Shown in pieces: positions 22,848 to 32,739 of a DNA stretch of 36,453 bases. The first letter of the stretch is position 1, and each line of letters opens with the position of its first letter. A program made the translations under genes and the position numbers. Source of the stretch: Trypethelium eluteriae (lineage: Eukaryota). The stretch covers positions 1 through 36,453 of the forward strand of contig JAVECL010000201.1 in the NCBI GenBank assembly GCA_051942245.1. Direction: 5' to 3'. Under the pieces are notes generated by a model that had not been told where the DNA came from, made no database searches, and worked only from the letters and a program-made list of their open reading frames with translations.

Positions 22848-25736
22848 ATGGATCCTTTGTCAGTCACAGCAAGCCTGATCGCCGTCAGCGGGGCCCTAGG
22901 AACGTCTGTGAAGGCACTGCAAAAAGTCGCTTCGCTTCGTCATGCACCATCCGAGCTCTTGTCTTTGCACAATGAAGTAAACTCACTCCGGACTTTTCTC
23001 AGGATTGTCAATCAGACTTTTCAAGATGGCGGCCATCTGGAGCTTCCACCCGAGTCAATAGAAGGTCTGAGAACCGTCAAATTGACGCTGGAGAGCCATG
23101 TTCAGGAATTAGATAATCTCTCGCAGTATCAGCTTAAGCGATCTGAAGTGCCAAACAAGGATGGCACACCTAAAGTTGCCCGACTTGCCTGGTTGAGGGT
23201 CGGAAAAGATATTGCATGTCTGCAGCGCAAGATACGAGACTCCCGTCTAGATCTACAGTCGATTTTCTCTGTTCTTAGCCTACAAAGTAACATTCGAGTT
23301 CTCTCGGTCATCGAGAATGTCTCCCTTCCGGCCCAGACAGGTGCTTCTCCTCAGAGCTCTCGAACTTCTGCTTCAGATCCTCAACTTATGCAGTCTATCT
23401 CTGATTTGTTGCGATCCTACAGAGCTTCTATGGCTGAGCCTAATATTGATTCAGATCGGTCACCGCGCATCTTACTGGAGTGTGATCCCAAGGCGAGGAG
23501 GTTGTCGGACGGATCGAATAGCCAGCCGGATTCGCGCTGTTCTGGCTTAATTGAGGACAGTGTCCGAGGTGGACAATCGAGTGAGAGTGTGCATAAGTCG
23601 TCTTGGGATGACTACACGCTTCGGATCATGACTTCAACTACGGTCACTTCGTGTACCCGACCTTGCCCATGCAGCTGCCACTCGCAGAATCTTGCTGGAA
23701 CGTCCCGCTTATTGTTTCCGCTCTTCGGCACGCTTCTGTACAGCTATACTGGTCCGAATTCGCTCCGCCGTAATGCGTGCAACCATCCTTGGTGCAAGAG
23801 TCCAGGTTGCCGGACGTTCCGTGCTACATATTTATTTCCACCTTGGCTTCTCGAGCGTGCACTGTCGTTTAGTGCGAACTTTACGCGGTTCATAGGATAT
23901 GGTGTATATTTCTCGATGCGAATACCCCGTGTTCTCAATGATCTTGCTCCAGTGTGGTTGTCAATAACGCAGCAAAGAATACCGCAACTTCAGACCATGA
24001 TAAGCGGGGGCTGGTACTCTGTACACGACTTGGGTTCAATCGGTGACACCTTACTTCATGTACGCATCCTTTCTTCCCCTTCCTACGAACATATCATGTT
24101 TCCCATGGGCCGTGAACTTATGGCATTGAAGCCGGTTACTGCAGGAAATGACAACAACCGTTTAACCAAACAGAGAAAACCTTTGTCTCAGTAGGGTATT
24201 GTAGGATGTTTACTTACTCCTTTTAGTACGCCGTTGCTAGCGAAAATCTGAGCAGTTGCGCCCTCCTTTTGCGAGAAGGGGCTGATCCTAATGCCACAGA
24301 TCACTTTCATAGGTAAGGTACTTATTCAAATGAATCCGACCAATTTCATATCGTTACATGCAAATTTCAGGTGTCTACTCTCAGCCTTTCCCCTTCCTTT
24401 CCTTTTTTCCCCTCCTTTTTTTTCTTCTTTTTTTCCTTTCTTGGCAGTGTGGGCACCTTTTAGGAGATGGGCAGATGTAGTGGTAGAATGTCGTGAGCAT
24501 CAGTGGGATTTGTTGAATACCAAGTTCTGGCCACAATTGTATCCCTCAGGGTCACGGTATTTAACTCGGCTCAGAAGCAATCGGTCACTTAACCTCTGCC
24601 ATTTTTGCTGCTGGACGAATGTATTAGCTTGCAAACCCTTCCGTAATGGGGCAATGTTTGCGCTAAGGGTTTTAAGACTGAGCTGATGATGAGCTACGTC
24701 CAGGACTCCCGCGAGCCAGGCTTTGATGAAGTTTATGCTCAATCCGAATGACGAAAACTTTGAGCAGCTCGCTGGACTGTTCGACCGCACTGCAGCCCTA
24801 GGCGATGCACACTTCAACGAAATCCATCTAGCAGTTCTCGGCTTGTCAGATGAGCCACTTTCGACTTGCCTTCAACGAAATTTTCAGCTCGTCAATTCCA
24901 CGTCCAGGGACGGAACAACGCCACTGGCCCTCGCGCTTGAGAGAGGAGATTTTTCCGCGTTTGAAATACTATTGGAATGGCAGGCTGACGTTTGGAAGAC
25001 TACGAGAGGCGGGAATACAAGTCTGCATCAAGCATGCAAAGGTGGCTGCCCGACCGCGCTACATCTGCTTCTGCAAACGGGGCTGAACCCTTCCCAAAGC
25101 AATTATGACGGCACTTCTCCTCTCCACACCCTTGCTTATTACAAGCACAGCAGTGCAGAAATGGTTCGTATGATAGACCTGTTGCTGGAATATGGCGCAA
25201 ACATCGATGCAAGAACTTCACATGGGTTGAGTCCATTATACATAGCAGCGAGGAAAGGTAATAAAGCCTGCCTGGAAGCATGCATCGCTAGGGGTGCAGA
25301 CGTAAACCTACGGGTTTACTGTGGATGGACTGTACTGGCAGAAGCTGTTGAGGCTCCCGCAGACAAACACTGTAGCGAATGCATCAGGTCTTTGCTCGAT
25401 GCTCAGGCCGATGTTAGCGCCCTTCTGCCGGGTGGGAGAAACATACTGCACCAAGCTGCACAGCGGAGTCCTACTGCTTCTATGGCGGCCCTTTCTCGGG
25501 CTGCATCCTTTCAACATGTCAATCCAGAGGCAAGAGACGAGACTGGCAAAACACCGCAGCAATTATTTGATTGGATCAGGGATTGGTTCGTCAATGACGA
25601 GGACCCAGAAGCAGCTCGAGCAGCATTCAGCCAATTGATGGCGGCTGCACGTCGAGACTACGTTGGCCGAGAACAAAAGGCAGATCAGAGGAGCCTCAGA
25701 GATCAGAGCGTTCCTGGTGCATGGCCAAATGAATGA
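22848..25736 (+). CDS. Ankyrin-repeat protein with N-terminal HeLo-like/SesA-type (fungal STAND N-terminal) helical domain and central Cys/His-rich domain; 3 exons (22848-24059, 24227-24312, 24704-25736)
   Basis: MDPLSVTASLIAV...LRHAPSELLSLHNEVNSLR...RLAWLR is the typical fungal STAND N-terminus. The middle has CTRPCPCSCH, CNHPWC and YLFPPW. Ankyrin repeats include GDTLLH|YAVA..LLLREGADPNATD, GTTPLALA, GNTSLHQAC, GTSPLHTLA, GLSPLYIAA and GRNILHQAA. Introns 24060-24226 and 24313-24703 join two ORF-track ORFs in frame. Confidence 0.85.
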
Positions 25737-26148
25737 CTCATCCCGTGCACAGAAATAACCTGTAGCCATAATCACTCGATCACAATTGAACCTTCGGTAT
25801 ATAATTTTGGCTTTAGCGAAGTGATATCAAAAGTATTATAGGAGCCATGCACCGTAAGAGAAGCACACTATGAAGAATGGCGCCAGTCACAGCCTCTCGA
25901 TGCGGCTGAAAATGAGCAACTAGTAGATGTACGTGAACACGGTTTTGGCATTGAAATTCGGGCCAAGTCTGACGAAGGTTAGAGCCGCGCTTGCCGCACC
26001 CATTATTATCGTAGCTTCCCTTTCCCGATCACGTCCCTCCTTGTCCCCAATTCGCCAAGCCGTGCCAAGACCCATAGCTTGGAGTCCACCGCTCGTCTCC
26101 ACAGAAACCCCACAAATCACTTAATTCCGATCCTTTCTTTTGTCAGTA

Positions 26149-26876
26149 ATGCCTCCGTCAGAACACCAACCCCTTCTACCGACCTCCACCCCGCCCTCCA
26201 ACACCACAATCAACAAATCCACCTCCGCCCTCGCTAAACACCACTCCCAATTCCGGCACTCCCTCCGCCACTATCTGTCCTCTCGCCTCGGTCACTACAT
26301 CGTTCTTGGACTCGTGACCCTTGATGTCGGCAGTATCTTTGCGGACCTTGTGATCCAGACGTTCCGATGCGAGCGCGAAAGCGGGAAGCCCGATCCGAAT
26401 GGCGCGGCGGGGAAGAAGTACGATGCCGCGCTCGAAGCGCTCGGCGTCGTGAGTCTCGTGATTTCGTGCTTGTTCGTGGTGGAGTTGGGGGCGAGCGTGT
26501 GGGCTTTTGGCTTCAGGTGAGTGTTTGTTTAAATTAATGTATTCTTCATTACTGCGGACGAAGAATTGGTGGTGTAGTGAAAGCATTCATGATGGGCTGA
26601 GGGACAGGGGTTAGCTACTTCCGGTCTAAATTCCACTGCTTTGATGCGGTGGTGATACTACTGGCATTCGTTATTGATGTCTTGCTCCATGGTGTTTTGG
26701 AGGAGATTGCGTCGCTCGTGGTGGTGCTGCGTCTCTGGAGAGTATTCAAGATTGTGGAGGAGCTGAGCGGGGCAGCCGAAGAGCAAATGGATGCACTACG
26801 GGAGCGAATTGCGGAATTGGAAGAAGAGAATGGGGAATTGAAGAGTGAGATGCAAAGGACTAGATCTGCAGAGTGA
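26149..26876 (+). CDS. HVCN1: Voltage-gated proton channel Hv1 homologue; 2 exons (26149-26516, 26615-26876)
   Basis: Four TM segments: S1 LVTLDV with the selectivity Asp, S2 LFVVEL, S3 FDAVVI and S4 LRLWRVFKI. A C-terminal coiled coil follows (EEQMDALRERIAELEEENGELK). There is no pore domain. Intron GTGAG..TAG at 26517-26614. Confidence 0.9.
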
Positions 26877-27194
26877 AGTGTGAACATCATGAGAGCTTGA
26901 ATTATCTCCCTGATCATAGAGCTACCACTGTAGGTACCTAATAACCGAAAGGAAAGCCAGCGAAGCTCAATTATGGAGCGAATAGAAGGACATATTCCTG
27001 AACATGCAAGTCCATCACTATACAAGTCAAGCGACTGGATCGAAGCCGAGACCACCCAAGCAGATCTACCCGAAAACTCATTGCTGGAAGTATTCTTCTA
27101 TGACCGATTCTGAACTCCATGAAAGCTTCTAGGGTATCTATATCATCTCTCTTAGAAACTCCGAAGCTTGCGATCCCTTTGCGCCTAGATAACA

Positions 27195-30100
27195 CTAATT
27201 CTTCCCCTGCCTTGGGAAGACAGGGTATATCTTCGGCCTCAAAGTTCGATTGTTCAAGAACTAGGACAAGGTTAGCTCTACCGTCTGCAGAATCTAATGA
27301 GATGCTAATACCATTGATTTTTCGCGGAATGCCAGCCGTCCCTCGTGTAGAATCATCTCGTAGTCATCTTCGTCACCAATGCCAAGCAATTCCTCAAAGG
27401 ACTCATGGCTTACACACCTCGAAATCTGGTCGTCCACCATTTTGACATCCACTGGATTTGGTGCAATGCCTTTGCCATTCACTCGTGAGGACTTGATGCT
27501 GTCTCCAGTCACAAATTGTGGTGTACTCGCCGAAGCTTTCACGAAATCTTGAGGTTTGTTATCATTTGGCCATAACGAAAACGAGCAGTCGCGACCCATT
27601 CTGCGCTTCTTGAAATAGCGTCCACTAGCTCTTGGCCTAGGTTGAAAGAGTCTTGTGCCCAGACCTCTAGTAGGCCAAGTATTGCAGTCGGTAATCGGCG
27701 CGAATGCTTTGTTGTCACTATCGTTATGGACATCGTCTGGGATTCTTTCAGCAACTTCTTGGCTCGGCGTGGATTGTCCTGTGGGTTTTTCTTTTGGACC
27801 GTTTTCTTCATGGGTGGTCGTTCCAGACGAGGACCTTATACCTCGTGTCTTCGTGATCCGCAGCGTGGCTGCACCGCTCGCTTGTGGGATCACAGATGTC
27901 TTCTCGTGAGTAGCCACCGTTAATTTCCTGCGAGTGGTGGGTATGATTGGATTTGATATGTCTGGACCTGTGTGAGTGGCTTCCGAATCAGGTACATCAT
28001 TGCGAACAAGCAGAGGAGGCGTATGTGGATCACCTCTGAGTTTCAACTTCAGACGACGAGTGGTGCTGTCCGCCGTCGACATTTGAGGTGATGCAGATTT
28101 GTGAGAAGCTGGCTTGCTCTCGAGCCTTGGAGATCTTGGAGTGCTCTGGTTTTCATTTCCCGCGTCAGCATCAGCATGGGTTGGACTGCGTAGAGGCAAA
28201 TTGAGCATGTCCTCAAGCCAGCTGACTGCCTCATGGGTCTTAGAACGGATCATTGAACCTTTCCCCACCCCAACTGAGAAATCGAGCACCAGGTCCTGTG
28301 CCTTTGGACCCAACGCCACAGGATCCATCATCCCAGTGACTTCTTTCGCGAGGATGATGTCCATGTGCGTGCTCTTGATCCATTTGCAGTAAGATGGCCA
28401 ATCCCGATAGTTCTTGCACTGAATCGTTCTAAGTTCCGTCCTCCGGTAGTACCAGAGCACGTGCAAAAGCGGACGACCGTCTTCGAACATGCGTATGCTT
28501 AGAACCTGCCCGATGCTTACTTGTTGCGTTTCTTTGGGATCCTGCTTTCGATGCCACGTCTCGCAAGGATATTCTACCAAATCACCCACGCGACATAGAA
28601 GGCCATTAATTTTTACAGTCTGCAAAGAGGAGAGTTCTTGCCAAGCCTTACCCGGTGGACCATTGCTCATGATCTTATAATGCGGATAGCCATTGTCTGA
28701 AATCTCGAACAGTTGCGCATGACGATCAGCAACCATGGCAGAAGGCTCCTGCTTCTCTCGAGAGTCGCGAGGTGTGCTCTGATCGAATGCCACTCTTGAC
28801 TGCGATTTTTGTCGTGCCTCGGATAGTAGCTGGGAATAATGCTGGCGCACGCTTTCGTCGAGGCACCAGTAACATCCTTTTCTACCTTCACCTCGAGGTC
28901 TTGGTTGCTTGATGAAAGTCGGCTTTTGCGACAAGTGGACTGAAATTGTGCTCCTCCAGCTATCTCCTTCGCTGTGAATCTGATAAAAGGGGAAATGTTG
29001 AGAGATCCAAGCAAATATTTCCGCAGCCGTTAGTTTGAATTCAGGAGCCTGGCAGAGGGCCATTCCCACAAGATTCTCGTAAATATAAGGCGGGCGCTTG
29101 CGATCATCATAGGTGAACTCTGTGTCTGCTTTGGCTTCTCCCGAGTTTCTTGCATCACCTGAGCTCAAATCTGTTGAATCTACATTTAGACTGACATTAA
29201 CCGGGCTTTCCGGAGATGCTTTGCTCGGTGTGATTTCTGCCGAGACTTGTGGAGCATCTTTTTTTGTTGTTGCCTGTGGACCTTGACCTGGGGCTCTTAA
29301 ATTCTCTTCAGAAGTTGCAGGAACAGACGAGACGACGGCCACGGTGCCTTGGATGTGAGGCAATATGCTGGCGTTGGAATCCCTTGCATCATCTTCGTGG
29401 GACTCGACCGTGTTGGCCAAGCTGGAATCGTTCGTTAACTCCGCTATATCGCCGCGCTGTGATGCTGCTCGGTCAGAGAATTCCCCTTCAGCTAAATTTG
29501 ACCCCTTAGCAATAGGCAAACGATCCTCCGTTTGGCACAATTCTGGAGTTTCCGGTACCATGACGGACCTTTCGACTGCAACATCGCCGGACCAATTACT
29601 AGTAGCCCGAGAGCGCTCCCCACGGCCGTGGATCAGAGCAGCGCTCTGAGACTCTTCCTTCTCTTCGCCCAATCCCTTTCTGATACCCGAATTTTGTGCT
29701 TCAGGGCATGGCAATGGCCGGTGATGTCTAATGCAATGTCTACACTGCCAGAATCTACGCGTCTGTGGATCCGCTGGTATTGGAGGCACATGACACCGAC
29801 CATGGAAGTGCCGTCGACACGAGGAGCATTTAATAAGTGGGTTCCAGGCTGGGGAGTGATCAGCTCCACACCTGGGACACTGAGGTTTTGACATGTCTGA
29901 AATTGCTGACGACGCTCTAGAAGAAGTAGCTCCGCTCAAGATTGAGGCAGCATCGTCGGAAGGTATAGGTCGTTCAGGCAGAAGTATGTTGCCGACTCGC
30001 GTAGGCCGAAGATCATTCTGTGGTTCGATAGAGCCCGTCATCTTCAGAGGCGTCTTTTCCGTTTGCTCTGTAATGGTGGCCGGCCGCTGGCATCCACCGT

Positions 30101-31474
30101 CTTGTGTTAGCAATATCGGCATATTGCCGCCCCTTGATGCGTCTGCCATGTCTTGACAAACGGGACTTGTCGACTTCGCGAGATTTTGGTTGCCTGTGTA
30201 TGCACCGAAATTCCCGTAACCATTGGACATGGAACTTGCAGCACTCCCAAATATTGCACGTGAATCGTATGCAGGACTGTGACGCCTTGCATTTGGCGTG
30301 TATGTGCCTTCAGGTTGGATTCTGTTCACGTCATTTTCGCCGTTGGCAGGAGATAAAGTCAGTATATCCTCTTGCCATGTGCCTCGCGACGCATCTTGCG
30401 AAATTCGAGCAACACGCGTCGATCTTGATAACTGGCGAGCTTGAAGTGATCGATCCTGATCGTCTGTTTCTACATGCTCATCTCTGGATTCATAGCTCTC
30501 ACGCCTGATAGAACCCAAATCCAATCCCTTCTCTCGTCGTGCGTCATGCAAAAACCCTCGTGTATCCAGTTTCCTAGGCGTTCGACTGTTTGTACCAAGG
30601 TTCTGTTGTGGCCGTCTCCTCATATCCATATATGATTTCGCTTCTTCCTCTCCTTGCACACGCCCATCGATTGTGTCAAAGTCTTCGCTACCATGGACAT
30701 CTCTATATTCCATCACAAGACGATATTCTCCAAATAGGAGCTTTTCACTAAAAGAAGAGCGGCACATATGAGCACGCCTTGCACCGTCAGCTGTATTCTC
30801 AAAGATAATGTAATAACCAAGCTCGTCGACAAGGACATTCTTGGGCTGACTACGCCGAACCAGGTTTCTCAAATGTTGAACCGTAGTTTTCAAAGGTGTA
30901 AGATATCGTTCAGCTATGAAAATGTGTGGTCCGTCAATTGCAGAAGCTGGAATTCGAGGTAGATAATATGAAGGCTTTCGTGATCCTTGACGCCTTGGGC
31001 CTGTGGGAACACGACTGAAATCAAAGCCGTTAGGAGCTGAACTTCTGGTTTCTCTTGTACTGAGGGGACTCGATACATTTTGTATGTTAGAAGCCATGGA
31101 TCGTGAATCTGAATCAGCATGAGATCTTGAATAGAGGTCTCTTGGGGAAGCATCACTGCCTATCGACAATCTGCTGCTGGGATACGAGGGAGTTATCGTT
31201 CTTGCTCTGGGCCTTTCAGGAGATTTTGCATCTCGTTTGGATCGCTCCGCAACATAGCTGTCCCCTATTGTGGGATCTCCTTGCGTATTCACCATTTCGT
31301 CACAAGGTGAAGACTTCCTCCGTTTTGCCCTGGGTTGGTCTAAGGAATCTGAATCGCCTTTCCTCTTTCGCATGTGATCCCAAGTGATATCTCCATTATT
31401 ACTACTACTCATGTATTCACCGTACCCTGAGCTCTGTCGCATATTGGAGGTCGTCCTGTCAGACTTGTATGGCC
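27195..31474 (-). CDS. Large chromatin-associated protein with SET_assoc-like RRM, PHD finger, forkhead and BAH domains; main exon 31474-27312, last exon 27260-27195; probable extra 5' exons (32215-32132 and microexon 31582-31576)
   Basis: 1402-codon ORF. RRM-like GPHIFIAERYLTPLKTTVQHL..DELGYYIIFEN..LFGEYRLVME; PHD CPRC..LIKCSSCRRHFHGRCH..WQCRHC; forkhead KRPPYIYENLVGMAL..LTAAEIFAWISQHFPFY..WRSTISVHLS..FIK..KGCYW; BAH RVGDLVEY..IGQVLSIRMFEDGRPLLHVLWYY..STHMDII. A terminal intron 27311-27261 (GTATT..GCTAAC..TAG) gives the C-terminus FLNNRTLRPKIYPVFPRQGKN*. Confidence 0.85.
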
Positions 31475-32215
31475 CTGTATACCGGAACTTTAGCGTGTGC
31501 AATGTATTGAGGAATTAATCGTAGTGCTTTGGTCGAGCCCAAGCGGGGAGAGCGAAGAATGTCGAATCGCCTTACCTATTGACTTAGGCATAAGTTAGCA
31601 GGTCCATTGTCAAATAGAAAAATAAGTCCTTGAGCGAGCTTGCAAAAAGATATCAAGAGTTGGCTCAAAATACGTCTCAGATCTTTTCAGTTATAATGGT
31701 GGCCATCACCCCGGCATCCCAAGGTTTAAATATTCTACAGCCTCAATCAGAAATAGCCAATGCTTCGGAAAGCAAAAGCCATTCCAGATTCGCGAGATGT
31801 ACGCCGTCGCCATTGGCTCATGCTTCCAGTACACTTTCGAAGTCCGAGCTCCATTGAACGGCGCCCCGTAGGGTCCCTTTCCTCTACTTATACATCAAGA
31901 AGGGCAACACCAGTCTCGGAAAGCCTTCAGCAAAGCCTTCAGCAATGCCAAGTAGTGGGAGGCAATAGAGCAATGAACCATTCAGAGATGTTGCGGTCTG
32001 CCCTTTTACCATATCATCATTGACAGGAGATGCCAAAAGTCGTCACCAGCCAACCCCGATCGCAGGGAAAGGGGGTTTAGTGGTTGGACGACCATATGTG
32101 CTTCGATGACACTATAAGGGTCTGGACTTACTTGAGCTGTGAATAGTGACTGTGGACCAGGCAAGTGTGCCATAGTGGCCTCCATGTTTTGGCCATCCAT
32201 ATCTAAAAGCGGCAT

Positions 32216-32739
32216 ATTTTAGAGGGCATTGGAGGCGAGCGAGAAGGGTTTCTTCATCTCCACTAAACAACGCAGGTCGATAGGGTTCGCCCACGCAGGC
32301 TACCACCCACGACGTGGGTCGGCGACTTGTTCATTGGTTTTACGGCACAGACAATGGAGGTACCCCGAAAGAGTACCAAGGACTGGGCAATGACGCCAAT
32401 GACTAGCAGAAAGTGCAGATAAAGACCGATAGAGACGGACTTGAATGAAGCAGAAGAAAAGGAAGAAATCAGGACCACCGCCCCGGCTATGACGTGGGAA
32501 ATTCAAGGAAAGAGCGCGTCGAAGGTGAAGTGAAGCGGTTGTGGACCCCTCGGCGCGCGCGCGCACGCGAGATACCTTAGGCAGGAAGGCACCCCAGTCC
32601 CAGTGATCCCCACCCCACTGCCCACTGCACTTCCCTTGTAACCCGTGACGCCTGAAGACACTTTCGAGGTACTCCGTATTCTGTACCATGTCCACCTCTA
32701 TGTAACCAGATCTCCCCATACCCGTGCAGTGACGAGCCT
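32216..32739. promoter_or_regulatory. Probable bidirectional promoter between the divergent chromatin-protein gene and CEX1, containing a (GC)6 tract and CGCG cores
   Basis: Head-to-head gene arrangement ~0.5 kb apart (if the 32215 ATG is real); gcgcgcgcgcgcacgcg at 32553-32569. Confidence 0.45.

Noticed and set aside
23300..23650. Possible amyloid signalling motif after the HeLo-like domain
   Set aside because: The linker is Ser/Asp/Arg-rich, with no G/N/Q pseudo-repeats of the HRAM, PP or sigma type, and no adjacent NLR partner gene is visible.
24291..24686. 131-aa Phe-rich ORF
   Set aside because: It lies in intron 2 of the ankyrin gene; the Phe/Pro richness comes from a polypyrimidine tract.
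31921..31945. 12-bp tandem repeat aagccttcagca x2
   Set aside because: A simple local duplication in a probable intron; not an array.
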